This document shows, piece after piece, positions 30,112-38,941 of a stretch of 64,000 bases of DNA. Every line of letters starts with the position of its first letter. Positions within the stretch are counted from its first letter, which is position 1. The DNA is from an uncultured Acidobacteriota bacterium (GTDB taxonomy: Bacteria > Acidobacteriota > Thermoanaerobaculia > Multivoradales > UBA5704): the NCBI GenBank assembly GCA_963770895.1, contig CAVYRF010000001.1, forward strand, positions 896,001-960,000, read 5' to 3'. The notes under the pieces are model-generated. The model ran no database searches and was not told the DNA's origin. It saw nothing but the letters and a program-made list of their open reading frames with translations. Made by a program: the position numbers and the translations under genes.

Positions 30112-32886
30112 ATGACGCTCAAAGTCCACTTGGGTTTGGCCGGGCTCTGGGTCGTGGCTCTGCTCACCAGTGCGGCACGGCCGGCCGCAGCCGCCTGGCC
30201 GGCTGGGGTTGCGGGACCGGCTGAGGTCGCGGCGCCGATCGGGGTTGCGCGGCCGGCTGAGGCTGCGGCGGTGGGAGCGGGGGCGGGGAGGCCGCGCAGG
30301 CGGGAGGTCGCGGAAATGCCCTCTCGGCGCCGGGCGGTGGCGTCGCTGGCCGATGCGGCACCGAGCTTTGAGGAGAACGTCGGCCAGGCGGACCGCGCCG
30401 TCGACTTCCTGCGTCGCGGCGGCCCTTCGACACTGTTTCTGAGCCGCGGCGATGCGGTCGTCAGCCTGGTCGACGCCGCGCGGCGGAGTGCCTCCGCGGT
30501 GCGCATGCACCTGGTGGGCGCCGCCAACCGGCCGCGCGGCGAAGGCGCCGAGCGGCAGGCGGCGGTTTCCAACTACCTGCTGGGCGGGGATCCCGCCGGC
30601 TGGCACACCGGCATCGCCAACTACGCGCGGGTGCGCTATCCGGAGGTCTACCCGCGGGTCGATCTGATCTATCACGCCAGCCGGCTGCGGCAGGTCGAAT
30701 ACGACTTCGTCGTCGCTCCGCGGGGCGACCCCGCACGCATCCGGCTGGACTTCGAATCCGGCGATACAATGGCCGGCATCGCGGCCGGCATCGCGGCCGG
30801 CATCGCGGCCGGCAGGGCGGACGGCTCGCCGGCGACTGCCCCCGCGCCGTGCGCCGCCGCCGCCGGCCGCGACACCTCGCCCGAGATCGGCGCCCAGGGA
30901 GAGCTTGTCCTGCACACCTGCCTGGGCGACCTGATGCAGCCGGCACCCGAGGCCTACCAGCCGGCGGCCGACGGCAGCCGCCGGCCGGTGACCGTGCGCT
31001 ACGTGCTGCGGCGCCCGGCGCCGACCGGTGGCAACCACCGCGGTCGCGATGGCGTCGGCCCCGCCGAGGTGGGCTTTGCGCTGGGGCGCTACGACCGTAC
31101 TCTCCCGCTGGTGATCGATCCGGTGATGGCGGTGGTGCTCGACGCCACGTTCCTGGGCGGCGGCAACGACGACCTGGCGACGCGCATCGCGGTCGATGCC
31201 GCCGGCAACGTCTACATCACCGGCACCACCTCGTCGGCCGCCTTCCCAGGCGTGAACGGCGCCTCGATCCAGCCGGTCAGCACCGGCACCGACGTCTTTG
31301 TGACCAAGCTGGACGCCGCGGCCAGGGTCATCCTGTATTCGACCTTCCTGGGCGGTGCCGGCGGCGTCAGCACCGGTGGCGGGATCGCCGTCGACTCCCA
31401 GGGCAACGCCTATGTGACCGGCGCCACCCAGTCGGCGACGTTCACGGGAGTCGCCGCCGGAGCGATCCAGGCGACCTACGCCGGTGACGAGGATGCTTTC
31501 GTCACCAAGCTGAACGCCAGCGGTACAGCCGTTCTCTATTCGACCTTCCTGGGCGGCAGCGGCGACGACGGCGGCCAGGCCATCGCGGTCGACGGCGCGG
31601 GCAATGCCTACGTCGCCGGCACCACCAGCTCGCCCACCTTCCCCGGCGTCACCGCCGCCTCGCTGCAGCCGGCCAGCGGCGGCGGCGGCGACGATGCCTT
31701 CGTCGCCAAGCTCGACGCCGCGGGCGATGCCATCGTCTACGCCACCTTTCTGGGCGGCAGTGCCCAGGACGGCGCGGCGGACCTTGCATTGGACGCCGCC
31801 GGCAACGTCTATGTCACCGGCTACACCCAATCCCCCAACTTCACCGGCGTCACCGCCGCATCGCTGCAACCCACCGCCGCCGGCAGCGACGACGCGTTCG
31901 TCATCAAGCTCGACGCCGCCGGCACAGCCGTCGTCTACGCCACCTACCTGGGAGGCAGCGGCCTGGACCTCGCCCGCGCCATCGCCGTCGATGCCGCCGG
32001 CGACGCCTACGTCGCGGGCGTGACCTGGTCGCCCACCTTTCCCGGCGTCACCGCGGATTCCATCCAGCCAGCGCCGGGCGGCGGCTTCGCCGACGCTTTC
32101 GTGACCGAGATCGGCGCCGCGGGCGACACCATCCTGTATTCGACCTTCCTGGGCGGTACCGGCAGTGACGGCGCAACGGCCCTGGCGGTGGACGCCGCCG
32201 GCATTGCCTACGTGGTGGGCAACACCAGCTCGCCCACCTTTCCCGGCGTGACTCCGCGTTCGATCCAGGCGACCAACATGGGCAACCAGGATGTCTTCCT
32301 GGCCGAGCTCAGCCCCAGCGGGACCGCCATCCTGTATTCCACCCTGCTGGGAGGCACAAACCTCGACCAGGCCACCGGCATCGCCCTGGACGGCTACGGC
32401 AACATCTACATCACCGGCGAGACCTGGTCGGCCACCTTCCCAGGTGTCACCGCCGCCTCGCTGCAGCCCGAAAATGCCGGCGCCACCGACGCCTTCCTGG
32501 TCAAGATCGCGGCCTCCGCCAGCCGCTCGTATTACACCGTGACACCCTGCCGCGTCGTCGACACCCGCACCGCCACCCCCCTCGCCGCCGGCGAGACCCG
32601 CCAGTTCACCGTCACCGGCGCCTGCGGTATCCCCGCCACCGCCGCCGCCATCGCGGCCAACGTCACCGCCGTCCCTCTCGGCACCGCCGGCGCGCTGGTC
32701 CTCTATGCCGGCGACGCTCCCCAGCCTCCCGCCACCAACAACCTCAGCTTCCTGGCCGGCCGCCCGCTGGCCAACAACGCCGTCATCCAGCTGGCCCGCA
32801 ACGCCACCGGCACCCTGAACATCCAGGCCATCCTGCCGGCCGGCGCGACCCACGTCCTGCTGGACGTCACCGGCTACTTCCAGTAG
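30112..32886 (+). CDS. Secreted SBBP (seven-bladed beta-propeller) repeat protein with a C-terminal PCRxxDTR beta-sandwich
   Basis: RBS GGAGG. N-terminal FEENVGQ...NYLLG...VYPRVDL...EYDFVVAP...LVIDP domain, seven ~66-aa repeats (YSTFLGG..D...IAVD..GN.YV.G.T.S..FPGV), C-terminal YYTVTPCRVVDTR...HVLLDVTGYFQ. Confidence 0.92.
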   Translation: MTLKVHLGLAGLWVVALLTSAARPAAAAWPAGVAGPAEVAAPIGVARPAEAAAVGAGAGRPRRREVAEMPSRRRAVASLADAAPSFEENVGQADRAVDFLRRGGPSTLFLSRGDAVVSLVDAARRSASAVRMHLVGAANRPRGEGAERQAAVSNYLLGGDPAGWHTGIANYARVRYPEVYPRVDLIYHASRLRQVEYDFVVAPRGDPARIRLDFESGDTMAGIAAGIAAGIAAGRADGSPATAPAPCAAAAGRDTSPEIGAQGELVLHTCLGDLMQPAPEAYQPAADGSRRPVTVRYVLRRPAPTGGNHRGRDGVGPAEVGFALGRYDRTLPLVIDPVMAVVLDATFLGGGNDDLATRIAVDAAGNVYITGTTSSAAFPGVNGASIQPVSTGTDVFVTKLDAAARVILYSTFLGGAGGVSTGGGIAVDSQGNAYVTGATQSATFTGVAAGAIQATYAGDEDAFVTKLNASGTAVLYSTFLGGSGDDGGQAIAVDGAGNAYVAGTTSSPTFPGVTAASLQPASGGGGDDAFVAKLDAAGDAIVYATFLGGSAQDGAADLALDAAGNVYVTGYTQSPNFTGVTAASLQPTAAGSDDAFVIKLDAAGTAVVYATYLGGSGLDLARAIAVDAAGDAYVAGVTWSPTFPGVTADSIQPAPGGGFADAFVTEIGAAGDTILYSTFLGGTGSDGATALAVDAAGIAYVVGNTSSPTFPGVTPRSIQATNMGNQDVFLAELSPSGTAILYSTLLGGTNLDQATGIALDGYGNIYITGETWSATFPGVTAASLQPENAGATDAFLVKIAASASRSYYTVTPCRVVDTRTATPLAAGETRQFTVTGACGIPATAAAIAANVTAVPLGTAGALVLYAGDAPQPPATNNLSFLAGRPLANNAVIQLARNATGTLNIQAILPAGATHVLLDVTGYFQ
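30771..30814 (+). repeat. 12-nt tandem repeat (GGCCGGCATCGC) x3.7 encoding AGIA repeats
   Basis: Directly visible; in-frame insertion in the SBBP N-terminal domain. Confidence 0.9.
31138..32520 (+). repeat. Seven ~200-nt coding repeats (SBBP blades)
   Basis: Recurrent tattcgaccttcctgggcgg, gacgccgccggc and cccggcgtcaccgc units. Confidence 0.85.
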
Positions 32887-32926
32887 CGCGGTCCGGCCGC
32901 CGCCCAGAACGCCGAGGAGCCTCCGG

Positions 32927-33205
32927 CTAGAAGTTGCAGCAGCCCGACTCTACGGCTACGTCGTACGCGGTCTTCTCGCCGGTGCAGGTGGTGCCGCTGC
33001 AGGTCTGGACGCACTCGCCGACCTGGGTGGTGTGCTGGGCGTTGCTGTAATAGAAGGTCCTGTAGGTGGGGTAGCCGTCGGCGCAGATGAAGGCGGCGGC
33101 GGGGCGCGGCGGCACCAGGAAGACGGTCGCAATGAAGGCGGCGAGGGTGAAGGCGAGAAGGGCGACGCGGCGGCCGAGGGGGGTGGCGGTACTGGGGTGT
33201 GGCAT
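32927..33205 (-). CDS. Small secreted Cys-rich protein (92 aa), DUF6289-like
   Basis: ATG 33205 with RBS AGGAGG; signal peptide ending PAAA; mature FICADGYPTYRTFYYSNAQHTTQVGECVQTCSGTTCTGEKTAY...GCCNF with the YYS..H.T.VG motif and 6 Cys. Confidence 0.78.
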   Translation of the reverse strand: MPHPSTATPLGRRVALLAFTLAAFIATVFLVPPRPAAAFICADGYPTYRTFYYSNAQHTTQVGECVQTCSGTTCTGEKTAYDVAVESGCCNF

Positions 33206-33366
33206 GGCGGTCCTCCTGTCGTTTCTTCGACGTTGTGGATACAGAAATAGGTGTGTGTGGAGGACGGCCGGACGAGACGAGGGGCGCGGCCATGCTCCGC
33301 GGCCACGTGCGCGGCCGAGCGAGCCGCGCCCGCCTCCCCTGTCCCTCGCGCCACAGCATGTGTAGC

Positions 33367-34704
33367 ATGCAAGCGATGACACCGCTCGAACCCGTCTCGC
33401 AGGAAGAGCGCATCCGCTCCTTGGACACGCTGCGCGGGTTTGCGCTGCTGGGCATCCTGCCGGCGAACGTCCTCATCTTCGGCATGTACTTCGCGGCGGG
33501 CAACGACCCCATGGTGGCAGGCGGCGCCACTGGCCTGAACCTCGCGAGCTGGGCGGTGTTCCGCATCCTGGTCGAGGGCAGGATGCGCTGTCTGTTCTCA
33601 ATGGTCTTCGGGGCCGGCGTGATCCTGCTGACCGCGCGGGCCGAGGAGCGAGCCGGGGCCACCGCTGCCGCCGACATCTACTACCGGCGGAATCTCTGGC
33701 TGCTGGTGTTCGGCCTGGCGCACGCCTTCCTGCTGTTCTGGGGCGACATCCTCTATCCGTACGCCCTGTGCGCGCTGATCCTCTTCCCCTTCCGCAAGCT
33801 TTCGGCGAAAAAGCTCCTGATCATCGGCGGCTTGTTCATCGCGTTCAAGGCCGGGTGGGCCACCGTCGATGCATTCCGGCAGACCGAGCGGCGGAGCCTG
33901 GCTGCCGCGGCCGATGCTGCCGAGAAGGTGGGTCACCTGCCGACCGACGAGCAGGCCGCGGCGAGGCGGCAACTGGAAGCGCAGCGCCTGCAGCGCAAGC
34001 CATCGCCGGAGGCGCTGGCGAAGGACGCCGCGAAGTGGCGCGGCAATCCGCTGGAAGTGATCGGCGAACGGGCGAAATTCCTTGCGACATGGCACGGGCT
34101 GCCGTTCTACGACCCGGCGAATTGTGACATATGGAGCATGATGTTCATCGGCATGGGTCTCTTCAAACTGGGAGTCCTCAGTGCGGCGATGTCTTATCGT
34201 TTCTATATCTCGATCGCCGTCGCCGGAACCCTGATCGGAATCCCGCTGAGCTCGTGGATGGCATGGCTGGCGCTGAGGAGCCATTTCGACCGTGTGACCG
34301 TGCTGTCGACCCAGGTGGCCACCGACCTTGAGCGGCTGCCGGTCGCCCTTGCGTACATGGCGGTGCTGATGATCCTGTGCAAGGCAGGCAGGCTGCGGTG
34401 GCTGACCGGCCTCCTGGCCGCCATCGGGCAGACGGCCCTCAGCAACTACATCCTGCAATCGGTCATCTGCTCGCTCGTCTTCACCGGCTACGGCCTCGGC
34501 TTGTACGGACGGCTCGAACGGTATCAGCTCTACTTTGTAGTAGCAGGATGCTGGGCCCTGTCGCTGGCCGCAAGCCCCGTCTGGCTGCGGCACCACCGCT
34601 TCGGGCCGCTCGAATGGTGCTGGCGCTCGCTCACCTATTGGAAGCGGCAGCCGATGCGCGTGACCCGCCCACCGGCGGCCTCCCAGATCGCCGGCAGCTG
34701 CTGA
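33367..34704 (+). CDS. DUF418 (YeiB-like) integral membrane protein
   Basis: ERIRSLDTLRGFALLGIL, LFSMVFGAG, WGDILYPYA, GQTALSNYILQS, FGPLEWCWRSLTY. Confidence 0.92.
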   Translation: MQAMTPLEPVSQEERIRSLDTLRGFALLGILPANVLIFGMYFAAGNDPMVAGGATGLNLASWAVFRILVEGRMRCLFSMVFGAGVILLTARAEERAGATAAADIYYRRNLWLLVFGLAHAFLLFWGDILYPYALCALILFPFRKLSAKKLLIIGGLFIAFKAGWATVDAFRQTERRSLAAAADAAEKVGHLPTDEQAAARRQLEAQRLQRKPSPEALAKDAAKWRGNPLEVIGERAKFLATWHGLPFYDPANCDIWSMMFIGMGLFKLGVLSAAMSYRFYISIAVAGTLIGIPLSSWMAWLALRSHFDRVTVLSTQVATDLERLPVALAYMAVLMILCKAGRLRWLTGLLAAIGQTALSNYILQSVICSLVFTGYGLGLYGRLERYQLYFVVAGCWALSLAASPVWLRHHRFGPLEWCWRSLTYWKRQPMRVTRPPAASQIAGSC

Positions 34705-34716
34705 TCCTAAGCTCTG

Positions 34717-35797
34717 GTGCGCTTCGCCTGGGTGCTGGGGCTGGTTGTCGCCGCGGTGCCGGCGCGGGCGGAGCCACCGGCCGTGGCGGCGACGTTGCCG
34801 GCCAGCGGTTTCGACGATGCGGCGGCGCGGCGCCTCTTCGAATACGACGCCGCGGCGCCGCTCGACGTCCGGGAGGAGAAGACCGAAACGCGCGGTGCTG
34901 CCGAGGTGGTGGACCTCTCCTACGCCAGCCCGTTGGGACGCGTGCCGGCCTTCCTGGTGCGTCCGCGGCGCGGCGGCGCGGCGACCGCGGCAGTGGGGAA
35001 GGCCGCGGCGACCGCGCCACCCGGCGGCGGTGTTCGTGCACCTCGGCCAGGGGAACCGCGGCACTTTCCTCGACGAGGCGGTCGACCTCGGCGGGCGCGG
35101 CCTGGTGTCGTTGCTGATCGGCGCGCCGTTCACCCGCCCCGAGCACCCCAAGGCCAAGATGCCCTTCGACGGCGAGCAGGACCGCCGGGACTTCGTGCAG
35201 GCCGCGATCGACGTGCGGCGCGGTTTCGATCTCCTCGCCGCCCGCGACGACGTCGACGCGACGCACCTGGGCTACGTCGGTCACAGTTTCGGCGCGACGA
35301 TCGGCGGCCCGCTGCTCGCCACCGAACCGCGCGTGCAAGCCTGGGTGCTGATGGCGGGCTTTGCCGCCCAGACGCGCGAGCTGTCGAGCGGCGACGGCCT
35401 CGCCGGCCTGGCCTTCCGCACGCTGCTGGCCGCGGACGACCAGCAGCGTTACCTCGCCACGCTGGCGCCGATCGACAGCGTTCGCTTCCTGCCGCACGCG
35501 CCGCCGGCGCCAATCCTCTTCCAGTTCGCCCGCCGCGACGAATACGTCGCGCCCTGGGATGCGGCACTCTGGCTGCAGGCCCGTCGCGGTCCAAACGAGG
35601 TAGCGTGGTACGACACGGGCCACACTTTCGACGCCGACGCGCGCCGCGACCGCGATGCCTGGCTGCTGCGCCAGCACAACCCGGCCCGCGTCCGGGGCAG
35701 CCGGCCGGGAGATCCCAGGCCCGTCAAATGTCTTCGGGGCTCGCTGCGACTGCCTCGCTGTCCTCTCGTCCGGCCTTACGGGTGCGCCACGATGTGA
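34717..35797 (+). pseudogene. Secreted alpha/beta hydrolase (dienelactone hydrolase/acetyl-xylan-esterase-like) split by a +1 frameshift near 34995-35015
   Basis: Frame 34717 gives a signal peptide and FEYDAAAPLDVRE...LSYASP.GRVPAFLVRP. Frame 34745 continues RHPAAVFVHLGQG...GYVGHSFGA...RDEYV...WYDTGH. Real pseudogene or sequencing indel. Confidence 0.75.
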
Positions 35798-35834
35798 AGG
35801 TAGGCTTGACAGGTTGGCTTCATATATCTATCCT
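35792..35834 (+). promoter_or_regulatory. sigma70 promoter (probably leaderless) with overlapping MarR operator
   Basis: TTGACA 35806-35811, 17 nt, TATCCT 35829-35834, ATG 7 nt later with no RBS. Inverted repeat ATGTGAAG (35792-35799) / CTTCATAT (35818-35825) flanks the -35. Confidence 0.7.
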
Positions 35835-35841
35835 TCCTGGC

Positions 35842-36294
35842 ATGACGGAAGCAGCAGATGGCCCAAACACCACGCTTGCCGTAAGGCTGGCGGAAGAGCT
35901 TCGGGGCTTCGGTGGCAAGCTGAAGCGCCACCTGCTCGCCCAGGCGGACGCTGGCGATCTGACTCCCTCGCAGACGGCTGTGCTCCTGCGCCTCGAGAAA
36001 GACGGGCCGGCTACGACCTCGACGCTTGCCAGAGCTGAGGGGATGCGACCTCAGTCGATGGGATCTGTCATCGCCGCGTTGGAGGAAGCTGGGCTGGTGG
36101 CCGGCGCGTCCGATCCGGCGGACGGGCGACAGACGATCCTGTCGTTGACCGACAGGTGCCGCTCTTTGCTCGTACAGGGGCGTGCCGCGCGGCAGGACTG
36201 GCTGGCGCGCACCATCGAAGCGCGGCTCCTGCCGCATGAGCAGGACCAGCTCGCGGCAGCGATGCCGCTGCTGCGGCGCCTGGTGGGCGAATGA
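35842..36294 (+). CDS. MarR-family transcriptional regulator
   Basis: DLTPSQTAVLLRLEKDGPATTSTLARAEGMRPQSM...LEEAGLV...DPADGRQTILSLT. Confidence 0.93.
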   Translation: MTEAADGPNTTLAVRLAEELRGFGGKLKRHLLAQADAGDLTPSQTAVLLRLEKDGPATTSTLARAEGMRPQSMGSVIAALEEAGLVAGASDPADGRQTILSLTDRCRSLLVQGRAARQDWLARTIEARLLPHEQDQLAAAMPLLRRLVGE

Positions 36295-36340
36295 GCCAAG
36301 CGCGCTGTGCCGCCAATCCATTGAAGAAAGGTCCACGCCT

Positions 36341-36685
36341 GTGACGACGCCCGACATCCACCCGCTGTATCTCCTCTCGCATTTCGCAGGCGGCGCGCTG
36401 CTGGTGAACGCGATCCCACATGTCGTCAGCGGCCTGATGGGGCGGCGATTCCCCAGCCCGTTCGCCAAGCCGCCCGGCAGGGGGCTATCGTCTGCGACGG
36501 TGAACGTGCTGTGGGGCTTTGGCAACCTCGTGGCCGCCTACTTCCTGGTGTGGCGAGTGGGTGGATTCGATCTCCGGCAGACAGGCGACATCGTGGCGCT
36601 GGCGCTCGGCATGCTCCTGCTCGGCCTCTGGCTTGCTCGGGACTTCGGCCAGCTGAACGGCGGCCGCGGGCCGCGGCCGGAGTGA
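36341..36685 (+). CDS. Small membrane protein (3 TM)
   Basis: GTG 36341 after GAAAGG; hydrophobic segments with NAIPH..SG..GR.FPSPFAKPPGRGLSS..VN.LWG; GTGA overlap with the MFS gene. Confidence 0.8.
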   Translation: MTTPDIHPLYLLSHFAGGALLVNAIPHVVSGLMGRRFPSPFAKPPGRGLSSATVNVLWGFGNLVAAYFLVWRVGGFDLRQTGDIVALALGMLLLGLWLARDFGQLNGGRGPRPE

Positions 36686-37908
36686 GCACCTCGCGGCCAG
36701 GCACCTTTCGCTCACTCAGCCACCACAACTATCGCCTCTGGGCAGGCGGTGCGCTGGTTTCCAACGTCGGCACCTGGGTGCAGGCAACGGCGCAGGACTG
36801 GCTGGTGCTGACGGTGCTCACCCACCGCAGCGCCTCGGCGGTGGGCATCGTCATGGCGCTCCAGTTCGCACCCCAGCTTCTGCTGCTTCCGTGGACGGGC
36901 TCCGCCGCGGACCATGCGGACCAGCGCAAGCTCCTCATCGCCACCCAGACAGCGATGGGCGTACTGGCGCTGATGCTGGGCGTGCTCACCGTGAGCGGAG
37001 TCGTGCGCCTATGGCACGTCTACGTCTTCGCCTTCCTGTTCGGCAGTGCGGCGGCGTTCGACGCGCCGGTGCGCCAGACCTTCGTCGGGCAACTGGTCGG
37101 CGACGAGGACCTGCACAACGCGGTCGCGCTCAATTCGATGTCGTTCAACATCGGCAACCTGATCGGTCCTGCGGTGTCAGGCCTGCTGATCGCCGCGGTC
37201 GGCACCGGCTGGGCGTTCCTCACCAATGGGGCCTCGTTCCTGGCCGTGCTGGGCTCGCTTTTGCTGCTGGACAAAGGCACGCTTCATCCTGCGGTGCGTT
37301 CCAGGCGGGCACGAGGAAGCTTCGCGCAGGGCCTGCGCTACGTTTCGCAGCGAGCCGACATCATCGCGATCCTCGTCATGCTCTTTCTGATCGGCACGTT
37401 CTGCCTGAACTTTCCCATCTTCATTTCGGTCATGGCGGCAAAGGTATTTCATACCGACGCGCGCGGCTACGGCCTGCTGTCGTCCGTCATGGCGGCAGGA
37501 ACGATCGGCGGTGCGTTCCTGAGCGCCCGGCGGGACAAGCCGCGGTTCGGCACGCTCCTGTGGTCCGCCGGCCTTCTCGGGGTCGGCTTTTCCCTTGCGG
37601 GGATCGCTCCCAGCTACTGGACCTTCGCCGCCGCTCTGATCGTCGTCGGCGTCGCGTACCTGACCTTCGTCACCGCCACCAACGGCCTCATGCAGCTTTC
37701 GACCGAGCCGGCCATGCGCGGGCGCATGATGGCGCTGCGTGTCGGCGTGGCACTGGGCGGCACGCCGGTAGGCGCACCGGCCGTCGGGTGGGTCGCGGAT
37801 CGCTTCGGGCCGCGCTGGGCGCTCGCCGTCGGCGCCGCGTCGGGCTTCGCGGCCGCGGCGGTCGCCGCCTACGCTCTCATGCGGCACGTCCAGCCGATCG
37901 AGGCGTGA
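36682..37908 (+). CDS. MFS transporter (MFS_3/H+ antiporter-like)
   Basis: FRSLSHHNYRLWAGGALVSNVGTWVQ..AQDWLV, NAVALNS..FN, MRGRMMAL; about 12 TM. Confidence 0.93.
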   Translation: MSTSRPGTFRSLSHHNYRLWAGGALVSNVGTWVQATAQDWLVLTVLTHRSASAVGIVMALQFAPQLLLLPWTGSAADHADQRKLLIATQTAMGVLALMLGVLTVSGVVRLWHVYVFAFLFGSAAAFDAPVRQTFVGQLVGDEDLHNAVALNSMSFNIGNLIGPAVSGLLIAAVGTGWAFLTNGASFLAVLGSLLLLDKGTLHPAVRSRRARGSFAQGLRYVSQRADIIAILVMLFLIGTFCLNFPIFISVMAAKVFHTDARGYGLLSSVMAAGTIGGAFLSARRDKPRFGTLLWSAGLLGVGFSLAGIAPSYWTFAAALIVVGVAYLTFVTATNGLMQLSTEPAMRGRMMALRVGVALGGTPVGAPAVGWVADRFGPRWALAVGAASGFAAAAVAAYALMRHVQPIEA

Positions 37909-37947
37909 AGTTCCAGTTTCAGCGTCGGTTCACTGAGGTCAAAAACG

Positions 37948-38583
37948 ATGCGCGGGCGGCTGACACCAGGGTTTCGCATCGAACCGGCGACAGGTAGCGA
38001 CATCCCATGGATTGCCGACCTGGAGGCCACCGTCTACTCGCAATCGGACGCCGTACCTGAGCAGACGCTGCGAGAATGGTTCTCGGTGAATCCGAGCGGC
38101 TTCTCGATCGTTCGCGATCCGCACGGCAAGGCAATCGGCCACCTGGACATCCTGCCACTCCGTCCTGTCACGCTGGACGCTTTCCGCAAAGGGGATCTCG
38201 TCGAGCGCGAGATCGGGGGCGACGCGCTCTATTCACCCGCAGAGCGGGCTTCCATAACTGCACTCTATGTGGAAAGCATTATCTTGAGGCCGGACAAGGC
38301 CATATCGAAAGGGCTCGCCGTGCTCGCCGTTCTCGACAACCTCAGCTCAATTCTCGAGCGCGTCGCGGACGCAAAGACCGTCGAGCTGATCTACGCCATC
38401 GCGGCAACTGCGGCCGGCGAAAAGCTGCTACGAAAACTGAGCTTTGAACTGGAGAACGTTGCCGAACGGCGCCGGGATTCTCATAAGCTGTTCGTCGCAA
38501 GCGTCTCAGACGTTACCTCCAGGGCAGCAGCCTTCTCAGGAACGCAGTCGTCTATCTCACATTCTGTGCACCGCGGCACGTGA
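37948..38583 (+). CDS. Hypothetical protein, possibly GNAT-like fold
   Basis: 211-aa ORF with lower GC. IEPAT..DIPWIADLE, IGHLDILPL, LYVESI and YAIAATAAGEKLLRKLSF resemble GNAT elements. Confidence 0.6.
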   Translation: MRGRLTPGFRIEPATGSDIPWIADLEATVYSQSDAVPEQTLREWFSVNPSGFSIVRDPHGKAIGHLDILPLRPVTLDAFRKGDLVEREIGGDALYSPAERASITALYVESIILRPDKAISKGLAVLAVLDNLSSILERVADAKTVELIYAIAATAAGEKLLRKLSFELENVAERRRDSHKLFVASVSDVTSRAAAFSGTQSSISHSVHRGT

Positions 38584-38941
38584 TCCAGCACGGCCTGCGG
38601 CCCGACGACCGAGTGGTGCAGAACCCCGGCCGTTCTTCAGGTTCGGGCCTGCTTCCTTCCGGCCTGCTTTCTTACTCGAGCGGCTGTTTGCCCCGACCGC
38701 GGCGCGCCTGGCGGCGCGACCGCGATCGGGCCGGGGGGCGAAGAGGGAAGGTTTTGCCGCGGCGAATGCCGCCTCATCCACTGCCGCCGAAATGGAGGGC
38801 TTTGATCCACATGCCGCGTGGGAACAGCGCCCCGGCCGGGCTGGGGCTGAATGGGTCGTCCCGGCGTCCGGCGCGAGGCGTCGCCTTCAAGCCTGTGCTC
38901 TCCGCAGCGATCGCGGAGGGGCAGGCCCCTTGGCTCCTTGG

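Noticed and set aside
31138-32520. Regularly spaced repeats as a CRISPR array or DGR-like repeats
   Set aside because: Degenerate in-frame protein repeats (SBBP); no identical repeat-spacer structure and no cas or reverse transcriptase gene.
30046-32853. 935-aa minus-strand ORF
   Set aside because: Antisense shadow of the SBBP gene.
34717-36294. 525-aa ORF appearing to fuse a secreted N-terminus to MarR
   Set aside because: Artefact of the hydrolase frameshift; MarR has its own promoter and ATG at 35842.
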